64,000 nucleotides of DNA, taken from Natronospirales bacterium. Its GTDB lineage: Bacteria > Pseudomonadota > Gammaproteobacteria > Natronospirales > REEB76. Within the stretch, counting starts at the first letter, position 1, and the number at the start of each line of letters is the position of its first letter. The translations under genes were made by a program, and so were the position numbers. The DNA lies in contig JAKAXB010000001.1 in NCBI GenBank assembly GCA_021816765.1, positions 99,692-163,691 of the forward strand, written 5' to 3'. Shown here piece by piece: positions 1 to 10,071 of the stretch. The notes below the pieces were generated by a model. That model saw only the letters and a list, made by a program, of their open reading frames with translations. It did no database searches and was not told the DNA's origin.

Positions 1-334
1 GCCTTCCACAACGCTTGGAGCTGTTGCTCTTGATCCATGCACTGGCCAGTTTGGTAGCTTGGCTCGCCGGCTTGGTGACAACATCAAAACCCATTGCACC
101 CCGTAGTAAAGCCAAGTGTCCGCGCCACCACTCAATTATCTGGCTAGGCTGGGAAACGCTGCGTCGCAACCCAGCTCGATTATCTCTGCCAGCCGCCACC
201 GCCACACAACAATTACGCGCCCTGCTTGCACAACCCCTATGATCTCAGCAAGATGGGGGGATACCTCAGGGTCTGTCCCCTGTTCCCCTGATTGAATCAT
301 TGCAGGACCGATATCCTGCACCCGGGAGATCAAT

Positions 335-1078
335 ATGATGACGAATACGCGCCATTTGACCGGCAGAGTCGCTCTTGTCACGGGTGGTAGTCGTGGTGTC
401 GGCCGTGCCGTTGCCCTCGCGCTTGCCGAAGCGGGCGCGGACATCGCCGTCAACTACCGCAGCCGCGAGAGTGAAGCCAAGCAGGTGAGTTCCCAGGTGG
501 AAAGTTGCAGTCGCCGTTGCATGATGGTGCACGCCGACGTCTCGGTCGCCGGCGATGTGTCCCGAATGGTCAAGTCCATCGAAGGAGAACTTGGAGCGGT
601 GACCATATTGGTCAACAACGCGGGCATCGCTCATCCCCAGCCCCTGGAGGAAATCACCGAAGAAGATTGGGACAAGATCATGGATGTGAACCTGAAGTCC
701 GTGTTTCTCGTCACGCAGGCCGTGCTGCCTGGCATGCGAGCCGTGGGATGGGGGCGTATCATCAACATGTCCTCGGCCGCGGCGCAACTGGGCGGCATCA
801 TTGGTCCGCATTACACCGCGTCGAAAGCGGGTATTGTAGGCTTGACGCACTCCTATGCCTCTCTGCTGGCCAGGGAAGGCATCACGGTGAATGCCATTGC
901 GCCAGCTTTGATTGAAACGGAGATGATCGCTGGCAATCCGCAAGCGCGACCGGAGCGGATTCCGGTGGGACGCTTCGGCACAACTGGAGAGGTGGCCGAG
1001 GTGGCGGTGATGCTTGCGCATAACGGTTACATCACCGGGCAAACCATTAACGTTAATGGCGGTTTGTATATGAGCTAA
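335..1078 (+). CDS. SDR-family oxidoreductase (FabG-like 3-oxoacyl-ACP reductase type)
   Basis: 247-aa ORF with Rossmann motif TGGSRGVGRA, NNAG, and catalytic YTASK (YxxxK). Confidence 0.9.
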   Translation: MMTNTRHLTGRVALVTGGSRGVGRAVALALAEAGADIAVNYRSRESEAKQVSSQVESCSRRCMMVHADVSVAGDVSRMVKSIEGELGAVTILVNNAGIAHPQPLEEITEEDWDKIMDVNLKSVFLVTQAVLPGMRAVGWGRIINMSSAAAQLGGIIGPHYTASKAGIVGLTHSYASLLAREGITVNAIAPALIETEMIAGNPQARPERIPVGRFGTTGEVAEVAVMLAHNGYITGQTINVNGGLYMS

Positions 1079-1128
1079 CTGACGGTGGCTGCGCGGCCCA
1101 ACCAGGCGCCGCAGTTTGCGTGTGGCTT

Positions 1129-1695
1129 TCAAGTTGCCTGTGAATTATCCGACTGTGAGAAAAACAGCATTTTCACGGCGATAAAAAATGCGCCGGCAGC
1201 GAATAACAGGGACAGAACGGTTAAAACTTTGCGGAAAGTATTGGTGCTCGCAGCATTGTCCGGATTGTTAACCGTTTCGACAGCCTGCCCATTGATCAGC
1301 GACATGACGATCTGCCGGCGGAATATCAACACGTAGAGCGGTTTGCCTATGGCGACATCCGGCAGTACATTGGGGCCGACAATCTGAAACGTCGGATTGT
1401 CCGCAAGCGTCGTGCTGACCGATATAAAGTGTTTTTGTTGTGGCATTGTTGTTGGCCTGTAGTCCGTAACCGTCCTCTTGTCTTCAACGGGCACAAAGGC
1501 AACAGTGCACGCGCCTTGCTGGGCGGCGTCTCCTGCCAGGAGATTGGTCGCACTGCACGAGGGATCAGTATTAAATTGTTGCAGACCAGGCGTTTGAGTC
1601 TGGCCGGTTCCGTGCCAAATGAACCAAGGGACCACAATCACGAACATCAATCCAACTGTCAAATAGTGCCACGGCGAGAATGGGTGACTGGCCAT
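1129..1695 (-). CDS. hypothetical membrane protein
   Basis: 188-aa ORF with hydrophobic helices near both termini (LTVGLMFVIVVPWFIW; VLTVLSLLFAAGAFFIAV). No recognisable domain; region looks lower in GC than its neighbours. Confidence 0.45.
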   Translation of the reverse strand: MASHPFSPWHYLTVGLMFVIVVPWFIWHGTGQTQTPGLQQFNTDPSCSATNLLAGDAAQQGACTVAFVPVEDKRTVTDYRPTTMPQQKHFISVSTTLADNPTFQIVGPNVLPDVAIGKPLYVLIFRRQIVMSLINGQAVETVNNPDNAASTNTFRKVLTVLSLLFAAGAFFIAVKMLFFSQSDNSQAT

Positions 1696-1746
1696 GTTCT
1701 CAGCTGCCTTTAGTGGTATTGACGCTTTGCATGCAGACGAAAACGC

Positions 1747-4338
1747 TCATACAAGTATCCTAGCATGGCGATGGCAGCGCCATCCCAAGGCGGCTGTGAG
1801 CAGCCCGAGGCCCAGTAACCCGAACCCGCCGCCGCCTTTACCGCCCCCAGAGCTTCCTAATCCGCCGGATGCTGTCACGGAAAGGTTCGCGGTGCCCGTG
1901 CTCTTCGCATGACCATTGGTCGCCTGCCAGGTAAAGCTGTCGCTGCCGATGAACCCGGTAGCCGGGGTGTAGGTGAACGCACCCGTGCCGGGATTGATGG
2001 CCGAGAGCATGCCGTGAGTGGGATTGGTGAGGAGACTGTAGGTCAGCGGCAGGCCATAGGCGTCCGTGGCGCTCACAGCGCTGCTCACGATGCCGTTCTC
2101 GACCACGGTCACAGTGAGTGCAGCTGGGGTGGGGGCGGGATTCAGATGCAGCAGCACGGTCACCTTGTTGGTATCCGCATCCGCTGTCACGATATCCGGC
2201 CAGCCGTCCCCATTCACATCCGCGACCGCCACGCCGAACAGTCCTCCCCCTACCGCGTACGCCAATGGTGTTTGGAGTGTGCCATTGCCGTTTCCCAAGA
2301 GCACATCCACGGCGTTGTTGCCGTTGGCCGTCAGCACCACATCCGGGTGACCGTCGCCATTCACGTCCGTCACCACCAAGGCATTCGGGACGGGGTCCGT
2401 CAGATAGACTACCGGCCGTTTCAAGGTGCCGTCGCCGTTGCCCAGCATGACCTGGACGTTATTGCTGCAGACCGAGCCATCACCAATCGTCACACATCCC
2501 GACACCGTCACGACGACATCCGGATGGCCGTTGCCCAGATCCGCCACCGCGATGGCGGTGGGGGTCGTGGAGACCGGAGGGACATTGCTGGTGTGAATCG
2601 GGTAGGCGACCTGCGACGCAAAGCCGCCGGTGCCGTTGCCCAGCAACACTCCGACCGTGTTGTCGCCCGCGTTTGCCACCACGATATCCGGATGACCGTT
2701 GCCCAGATCCGCAATGGCCAGATATTGAGGATTGGATCCTACGGGATAGGCTACTTGGGATTTGAACGTCCCGTTCCCGTTACCCATCAGCACGCTGACG
2801 GTGTTGGCGCCTTCATTCGCCGTCACGATATCTGGAACACCGTTGCCCAAATCCGCGATGGCCACGGCGTATGGACCATTACCGACCGGATAGACCACCG
2901 GGGGCTGAAACGTGCCATCGCCGTTGCCCAGCAGGGTACTGACGGTGCTGTCGCCTTCATTCGCCACCACGATGTCCGGATGGCCGTTCCCCAGATCGGC
3001 GATGGCCACACTCACGGGCTCATTGCCGACCGGGTAGGTGACCTGCGACTTGAAGGTGCCATCGCCGTTGCCGATCAGGACGCTGATGGTATCGCTGACC
3101 AGGCTCGCGGTCACGATGTCTTGTTCGCCATTGCCCAAATCCGCCACCGCCACCGCTTTGGAAAACTGTCCGACGGGATAGGTGTTCTGTGTTGAGGTAA
3201 ACGATCCGTCGCCCTTGCCCAGCAGCACACTGAGATTATCGTCGGTCGCGTTGGCCACCACCACGTCCGGGGGGCCGCTGCCCAGAGCGGCCACGGCTAA
3301 CGCCACCGGATCCAGGCCGACCGGGTAGACCACCTGGGGTTGCAGGGTGCCGTTGCCGTTGCCCAGCAGTACACTCAGGGTGTTGGCATTCGCGTTCGCG
3401 ACCAGCACATCCTGGTGCCCGTTGCCGAGATCAGCGATGCCCACGGCTTTGGGACCTGTACCGGTCGCATAGGTCACTTGTGCATTGAAGGTGCCGTTCC
3501 CGTTGCCGATCAGCACACCCACGTCGTTGTCGCCATAGTTCGAGACTACAACGTCCGGATGACCGTTGCCCAGATTGGCGATGGCCACCTGTGCCGGGCT
3601 TGATCCCACCACCGCAGTCACCTGCGGCGCGAAGGTCCCGCTGCCGTTGCCCATCAGCACGCTGACGGTATCATCGCTGGAATTCGCCACCACGATATCC
3701 GGGTGGCCGTTACCCAGGTCCGCGACAGCGACGCCCGATGGTTGATTGCCTACTGTATAGGTGACCTGTTGTTGAAAGGTGCCGTTACCGTTGCCGATCA
3801 GGACTCCCACGTCGTTGTCGCCATCATTCGTCACCACGATATCCGGATGGCCGTTCCCCAGATCGGCGATGGCCACACTCACGGGCTCATTCCCGACCGG
3901 GTATCTGACCTGCGGCTGAAAGGTGCCGTCGCCGTTGCCGATCAGGACGCTGACGGTGTTATCAATCAGGCTGGCGGTGACGATGTCCGGATGGCCGTTG
4001 CCCAAATCCGCCACTGCGATGGCATACGGACCCTGATCCACCGGATACGTCACTTGCGGCGCAAACGTGCCGTTGCCGTTGCCTGGGATCACGCTTACCG
4101 TGCCATCGTTCTCATTCGCCACCACGATATCCGGATAGCCGTTGCCGAGATCGGCAACGGCGACTCCCGAGGGTCCGTTCCCGACCAGCAGCTCGGCACT
4201 CTCATACAGTGGATAGCTTGGACTCCCGGCCCACGCGGCGTGCAGATACAGAGCCGCCAGCATGCTGATGGCAACGGTCTGGAAGACTTGTTTCAGCGTG
4301 CTCGCCTTGCGGATCATGGTTGCGATTCCCGTTAACAA
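1747..4338 (-). CDS. secreted FG-GAP/VCBS repeat protein (about 14 propeller blades) with cadherin/Ig-like domain and GlyGly-CTERM-like tail
   Basis: 863-aa ORF. Signal peptide (MIRKASTLKQVFQTVAISMLAALYLHAAWA). Fourteen repeats of the ADLGNGHPDIVVAN...VLLGNGNGTF type. Then a TYSLL..HG....G.FTYTP..GF.GSDSFT module, then GGGGFGLLGLGLLTAALGWRCHRHARILV at the C-terminus. Confidence 0.9.
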   Translation of the reverse strand: MLTGIATMIRKASTLKQVFQTVAISMLAALYLHAAWAGSPSYPLYESAELLVGNGPSGVAVADLGNGYPDIVVANENDGTVSVIPGNGNGTFAPQVTYPVDQGPYAIAVADLGNGHPDIVTASLIDNTVSVLIGNGDGTFQPQVRYPVGNEPVSVAIADLGNGHPDIVVTNDGDNDVGVLIGNGNGTFQQQVTYTVGNQPSGVAVADLGNGHPDIVVANSSDDTVSVLMGNGSGTFAPQVTAVVGSSPAQVAIANLGNGHPDVVVSNYGDNDVGVLIGNGNGTFNAQVTYATGTGPKAVGIADLGNGHQDVLVANANANTLSVLLGNGNGTLQPQVVYPVGLDPVALAVAALGSGPPDVVVANATDDNLSVLLGKGDGSFTSTQNTYPVGQFSKAVAVADLGNGEQDIVTASLVSDTISVLIGNGDGTFKSQVTYPVGNEPVSVAIADLGNGHPDIVVANEGDSTVSTLLGNGDGTFQPPVVYPVGNGPYAVAIADLGNGVPDIVTANEGANTVSVLMGNGNGTFKSQVAYPVGSNPQYLAIADLGNGHPDIVVANAGDNTVGVLLGNGTGGFASQVAYPIHTSNVPPVSTTPTAIAVADLGNGHPDVVVTVSGCVTIGDGSVCSNNVQVMLGNGDGTLKRPVVYLTDPVPNALVVTDVNGDGHPDVVLTANGNNAVDVLLGNGNGTLQTPLAYAVGGGLFGVAVADVNGDGWPDIVTADADTNKVTVLLHLNPAPTPAALTVTVVENGIVSSAVSATDAYGLPLTYSLLTNPTHGMLSAINPGTGAFTYTPATGFIGSDSFTWQATNGHAKSTGTANLSVTASGGLGSSGGGKGGGGFGLLGLGLLTAALGWRCHRHARILV
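2961..3120. repeat. internal DNA repeat copy A inside the FG-GAP gene
   Basis: Aligns with 3828-3987 at an in-frame offset of 867 nt. 2975-3024 is identical to 3842-3891 and the rest is mostly identical by eye. Confidence 0.85.
3828..3987. repeat. internal DNA repeat copy B inside the FG-GAP gene
   Basis: Partner of 2961-3120. Both copies encode YPVGNEPVSVAIADLGNGHPDIVV. Confidence 0.85.
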
Positions 4339-4869
4339 AATGTCTCAGAGAGGACGGCCAATCCAAGGAAGAAATAGTGCAACGGCGAGAAGGGTTGATT
4401 TGTCATGTATGCCATACCCGCCATGTATTCTTGTCTTGAGAGAAGGCTCGATATGCTTCAGGAGGATTCCGCATGGCTCCGGGTGGAATCATACAGACCA
4501 GTACATGACAAGGCGGCTCTGCCGTCGCCATACCCTCTGCGCCGGTTCGCGGGTGATTCTCGCAGGTGCTTCTGGCCGTCATTGAGTCATGCGTTCCAAT
4601 CGTTATCCCGGTCGAATCATCGCCATACGACACATGCATCATGCGCCGGTGGGGTGTAGACATACGCCCTCCTGCCGGCAGCCTGAGAGCATTCCGCGAT
4701 CATGATTAGCGTACGACCGGTCGGCTCCTGGTGCAAAGGAATCCTGCTGATAAATATCCTACGCTCCAATTTGCCTGGTACTGAGCGGTCACCGGTTGGA
4801 ATCGGGCCGATGCAAGTTAGTGTCATCGTCGTCTTTGACATAAACAGGAAGAACAGAATCTTCAGGGCT

Positions 4870-4895
4870 CCAGCCAGGTTGCAAAACCTGGCTGG
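4870..4895. other. perfect 11-bp hairpin with GCAA tetraloop in a noncoding region
   Basis: ccagccaggtt (4870-4880), loop gcaa, aacctggctgg (4885-4895). No U-tract on either strand, so it is not a classical terminator. Confidence 0.5.
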
Positions 4896-5353
4896 GCTCT
4901 GCGGTCGGATGATGACCGGGCAATATGCTCATAATAATGGGTGTGGCGAGAGGCAGATGGGCGCAAAAATGCGAAAAGCGAGTAGCGGAAACGGATTGAT
5001 GGACGATTGGTTTTGTCCGTTTATACGGGGCTTTTCGGTCGAATATGCCAATATTTTGCCTATAGCCCAGCTTTTACTATCTTTATCACCCGGGGCGTGG
5101 TACAAAGATACGTTCTTACACAGACTGCGATATTCAGAAGCCATCTCAAAAACCGCTGCGCTTGGCAAAACCTTGTTACGCATCGGCTCGAAATACTCAT
5201 GTACTTCCCCCTGTGCACCCTGCTTCTACGCCACTACCCGTTGCGTTCCGCCGGCTCCCACGTTGTTTTCGAGATGGCTTCTGATGATTTCAATGTCGCC
5301 GGATGCAGTTGAGAACGAACGTTTGAATTATCAATTACTTTAGAGAGATTGCA

Positions 5354-5647
5354 ATGGAACAGAATAAACTTTATGTCGGTAATTTTCCCTATACGATGGA
5401 TGAAGCCCAACTGCGCGGGATGTTTTCCCCGTACGGTGAAATTTCCGAAGTGGCCCTGATCATGGATCGTGACACAGGCCGCCCCAAGGGCTTTGGGTTT
5501 ATCACGTTTGCCACGCAGGCGGCAGCGGAGAAAGCCCAGGAACTGAACGGCAAGGATGTCGGCGGTCGTCCCCTCAAGGTGAACATGGCCACTGACAAGC
5601 CGCGCCCCCGTAGCGATGGTGGCGGTAACAACCGTTCCAGGTGGTGA
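5354..5647 (+). CDS. RRM-type (RNP-1/RNP-2) RNA-binding protein
   Basis: 97-aa ORF. RNP-2 LYVGNF and RNP-1 KGFGFITF motifs, with a basic Gly/Arg-rich tail. Confidence 0.9.
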   Translation: MEQNKLYVGNFPYTMDEAQLRGMFSPYGEISEVALIMDRDTGRPKGFGFITFATQAAAEKAQELNGKDVGGRPLKVNMATDKPRPRSDGGGNNRSRW

Positions 5648-5677
5648 GCCTGGATTGGGTCTGAGTCGGATTGCGGG

Positions 5678-5705
5678 AGCTCTGCCGTTCGCGGCAGAGC
5701 TTTTG
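5678..5705 (+). terminator. rho-independent terminator after the RRM gene
   Basis: agctctgccg / ttcg loop / cggcagagct (10-bp perfect stem) followed by tttt, starting 31 nt after the stop codon. Confidence 0.75.
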
Positions 5706-5844
5706 CATCCCGTTGAATTTTTGAATTCGCATTTCATCCCAGAATTGTGCCTGACGCAATCGGTTCGCGAATAACTGCGACCCGCGGCGGTAACATCTCA
5801 ATCTGACAGTTCCGGTAGCCAGGAATTCGCTTCTGACTGACCGC

Positions 5845-6450
5845 ATGAGCCCTCGATCCCTTAAACGTCTGCACCGAACCGAACTGCCGGTGGCTACGGC
5901 GGCGCTCGCGCGCTATCTCATCGGCAAGACGCTGGTACGGGAACTGCCGCAGGGCCGGATCACCGGACGCATCGTGGAAACGGAAGCCTATCTGCCGGGG
6001 GATGCCGCCTGCCATGCTTTCCGCGGACTGACCAAGCGCAATCGTTCGCTGTTCCTGGAGCACGGCCACGCTTATGTGTATTTCATCTACGGCAGTCACT
6101 TCATGCTCAATGTGAGCAGCGGGAAGGAGGGAGTGGGTGCAGGCGTGTTGTTGCGCGCCGTGGAGCCGCTGGACGGAATCGAGTGGATGCGGAAACGGCG
6201 CAGCACCACGCGCGTGCCGGGGACAATGTGCGGGCCGGGCCGGCTCGCCGCCGTGCTACGCGTGAGCATGAAATTGGACGGCCTGGATCTCTGTGCCAAA
6301 GGGCCGCTGTGGCTGGGAACGGCGGTGCGGCCTGTCGGGCGCATCGGCAGAAGCATACGTATCGGCATCACCAAAGACACGCACCGCCTGCTGCGCTTCT
6401 ACGAGCGCGGCAATCCCTTTGTCAGCGGCGCGAAATCCATGCGCGACTGA
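5845..6450 (+). CDS. mpg: DNA-3-methyladenine glycosylase (MPG/AAG family)
   Basis: 201-aa ORF with ARYLIGKTLV...GRIVETEAYLPGDAACHAFRG..RN..LF...GHAYVYFIYG, as in the MPG family. Confidence 0.85.
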   Translation: MSPRSLKRLHRTELPVATAALARYLIGKTLVRELPQGRITGRIVETEAYLPGDAACHAFRGLTKRNRSLFLEHGHAYVYFIYGSHFMLNVSSGKEGVGAGVLLRAVEPLDGIEWMRKRRSTTRVPGTMCGPGRLAAVLRVSMKLDGLDLCAKGPLWLGTAVRPVGRIGRSIRIGITKDTHRLLRFYERGNPFVSGAKSMRD

Positions 6451-6582
6451 GGCCGGTGATGGATGAGGCGTTTTGCTATGTTGTCCCGGCACGAGAACGC
6501 CATCAAAACTGAACAGGGGTGTGTCATGAGCATGCAGCGCCTGTTTTCACGGTAGACATTTTTCATCAAACGCCTATTCCCC

Positions 6583-6867
6583 GTGATCTGGTTTGGGATA
6601 CTTGCGGTCATTGCCGTGGTTGCCCTGGTCGAGACGGTCGTCACACATGAATACAAGCCTCTGGTTTTTATCCTGATCGGAACGGCGATCATGGGGATTA
6701 TTGGCCATTTCGTGATGGGAAAGCTGGTATTCGATCTCATGGACGAAGTCCGGGACGCCGACAGCGAGTTGCCTGTCAGGAACCGGGATGAAGAGGCGCA
6801 TATCCCGCTTGCCAATATCGTCAACGTCAGCTATGCCGACTATCCCATCCTCCGCGCATTACTCTGA
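6583..6867 (+). CDS. hypothetical small membrane protein
   Basis: 94-aa ORF (GTG start) with two predicted TM helices followed by an acidic tail; no recognisable family. Confidence 0.4.
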   Translation: MIWFGILAVIAVVALVETVVTHEYKPLVFILIGTAIMGIIGHFVMGKLVFDLMDEVRDADSELPVRNRDEEAHIPLANIVNVSYADYPILRALL

Positions 6868-7054
6868 TGCTGCAACAGGCATGCTGCTTCGGGAAAGACG
6901 TGACCTTCTGCCCGAAGGGCATCAGCTTTTCCCTGTTTTCAAGAAATCGCGTTGCAAGGGAATTGGTTGAAAGAATGGACGCATTGCGTACCGGCTGAGG
7001 AAATCGTGCGCCGAACCTGCAAGCAGGTGCCGTAGAAACAGGCGACAGGGATTG

Positions 7055-7435
7055 TCAGTTACGCTTCTGGACCACGCGCAAAGGCGCCGCTTTGGCGAAC
7101 ATCTTTTCATTACATCCGGTTGGCAGGCATGCCTCGGGATGAGCAACGAGCATATCGCGCTCTTCCACACGCCGCAGCTGTTCATTCTGGTTCACGCGCG
7201 CGAGGATATGTGTGGCGCCTTTCTGCTGCGCGCGGCGCACGTGCGCTTTGTCTCTCACGCGTTCTTTCAGGTTGCCCTGACCGATAAACACCGGGATCCA
7301 ACGGCCTTCCTGGGATTGCCGCGCCAGCATGTAATTACCGAATTGATCATCTTTTGGGCTGAAATCCAGCGGAAATACGTAGTACGCATAGGTCGTGCCG
7401 GAGGCACCCTGGAACTTCGAGGAAGGAATAGCCAT
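7055..7435 (-). CDS. hypothetical protein with weak GIY-YIG-like motif spacing
   Basis: 126-aa ORF. GNYML...(11 aa)...VFIGQGNLKERV resembles GIY-(10-11)-YIG-..-R; otherwise unrecognised. Confidence 0.4.
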   Translation of the reverse strand: MAIPSSKFQGASGTTYAYYVFPLDFSPKDDQFGNYMLARQSQEGRWIPVFIGQGNLKERVRDKAHVRRAQQKGATHILARVNQNEQLRRVEERDMLVAHPEACLPTGCNEKMFAKAAPLRVVQKRN

Positions 7436-7634
7436 GGAGAAATCTCTGGACGCATTCGACCAAAACGGCGTGTATTGTACACGAAATGAGCATCCATGTT
7501 AAATCGGCAGCACGCACGCGGTCGCTTGCCGCATTCACCGGTGGAAAATGTGTGCGCGGCAAGGGTGCATATCCCCGATCCAATTCAAGGAGCCGGCAGC
7601 GAATTCACGCCGGACGAATCCGAACAGTTCGGGG

Positions 7635-8003
7635 TCAGATTCTCTCGAGTGCGGCCCGCGTGCGTTCGTTTCTGAAGTTGCCGGTGTTGAGTGTGGTACC
7701 GGGTTCCATGAGGACGATGTGGACCTCATCGCTCAGGGCGGCGGGACAATGTTCCGTCCCTTTCGGGATGATGATGAATTCACCTTCATCCACGATGATA
7801 TTCCGGTCTCGCAGCTGCATCAGCAACCGGCCTTTCACCACCAGAAACAGCTCATCCTCGTGGTCGTGATGATGCCAGGTAAACTCGCCTTTGATTTTAA
7901 CCAGTTTGATTTGCGCATCGTTGACGTCACCCACGATTTTCGGGCTCCAGTAGTCACTGAAGCACCCGAACTTTTCTTCCAGGCTAACCTTGTCAATCGT
8001 CAT
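7635..8003 (-). CDS. cupin domain protein
   Basis: Cupin motifs WHHHDHEDELFLVVKG and IPKGTEHCP. I prefer the ATG at 8003 (MTIDKV...) over the TTG at 8015 used by the ORF track. Confidence 0.8.
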   Translation of the reverse strand: MTIDKVSLEEKFGCFSDYWSPKIVGDVNDAQIKLVKIKGEFTWHHHDHEDELFLVVKGRLLMQLRDRNIIVDEGEFIIIPKGTEHCPAALSDEVHIVLMEPGTTLNTGNFRNERTRAALERI

Positions 8004-8292
8004 GGCGCAGTTCAAATGGAACTTCTGGTTTTAGGCGGGAAAGTTTTTGTTAACCGCACGAAATCAATGCGCGGATGATGTCGAAATGCTGAAGGTTTCT
8101 GTTTTATTGCGGCCAGCACAGTTGATAGTGCCGCGCGCCGACAATCCGAAGCGTGCGGCCCCGGTAACATCGAAATCATAACATAATGGTAGAAGGTGGT
8201 GTCTGTTTTGAGGCAATAGTAACCGTCGGCCTTGAAGTGGATCACGCCACGTTTCCCGGAAAGCGTTCCTGAGGAGGTGGCTACTACACAGT

Positions 8293-9032
8293 TCACGCAT
8301 CTTCACCGGAGGCGAACACGCACGTGGCGAGCCAGGTGAGCACGGTGATGAATCCCGCCAGCACCGCGAGCGACAGCCATACCGGGAAAAAGGTGGCGTC
8401 GAGCACCGCACCGCGCATCAGGTCCACAGCGTAAGCCATGGGATCAAAGTGCGCCAGGATCTTGAGCCAGTGAGGCGCGTCGGCAAGCGGGTAGAGCGCA
8501 CCCGAGAGGAAAAACATTGGCAGCAGGACGGCGTTGGAGATGATGGGAAACACGGTGGTGGACTTGAAACGCGCCGCGGTAGCGACGCCGAGTGCCGAGA
8601 AAGTGACGGCGGCGATGGCCATGGCGCCCAGCAGTCCCAGGAAGCGCAGATAACCGGGATGGATGCCCAGCAGCGGCAGAAAGATCAGCAGCACCACCGC
8701 GGGCACCAGCGCCTGAATGGCGCCGGAGAGTACCTTGCCGACGGCAATGGCCGGGCGCGGCACCGGCGCTACCAGCACTGCCTTGAGGAAGCCGATCTGC
8801 CGGTCAAACACGATGAGCATGGCAGCAAACACCGCGGAGAACAGCAGTGACAATCCCAACACGCCAGGGAAGATAAATTGCTGATACCTGGCCCGGCCGA
8901 GCACCGAACTTGCACCCAAGCCCGAGCCCAGCATGAATAGATAGAGCAGCGGCTGGATGAAGCTCGAGATGAGCCGCACGTAGTCGGTCCGTAGCCGCTT
9001 GAGATCCAGCATGATCACGGCGAACAGGCCCT

Positions 9033-9036
<4 letters not shown>
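8293..9036 (-). CDS. ABC-2 type transporter permease
   Basis: 247-aa polytopic membrane ORF of ABC-2 type. ATGA overlap with the upstream ATPase gene (9033-9036). Confidence 0.85.
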
Positions 9037-10004
<968 letters not shown>

Positions 10005-10071
10005 GGAAATGCTTCCGGTCGGGCAAGATGCAATCATAAGCGCAGTGGAGACCGCTTCCCAGTGACAAACG

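Noticed and set aside
1-242. ORF open at the left window edge, ending at 242 (...IIWLGWETLRRNPARLSLPAATATQQLRALLAQPL)
   Set aside because: It could be the 3' end of a gene lying outside the window, but the visible 80 residues match nothing I can recognise, so no call is made.
1909-4335. Long plus-strand ORFs (1909-3195, 3340-3603, 3703-4335) opposite the FG-GAP gene
   Set aside because: They mirror the repeat periodicity of the minus-strand gene and are rich in Arg/His/Gly/Asp with no motifs. I read them as typical antisense artefacts of GC-rich repetitive coding sequence.
4702-5343. 213-aa ORF in the 1-kb gap upstream of the RRM gene
   Set aside because: Odd composition, no motifs, no RBS context. 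The region is better explained as a leader/ncRNA and promoter space.
8012-8296. 94-aa minus-strand ORF filling the gap between the ABC-2 permease and the cupin gene (GTGA overlap with the permease stop)
   Set aside because: It has no recognisable domain. By my hand count third-codon GC is about half, visibly lower than in neighbouring genes, and it falls further in the second half of the ORF. It may be a decayed gene or noncoding spacer.
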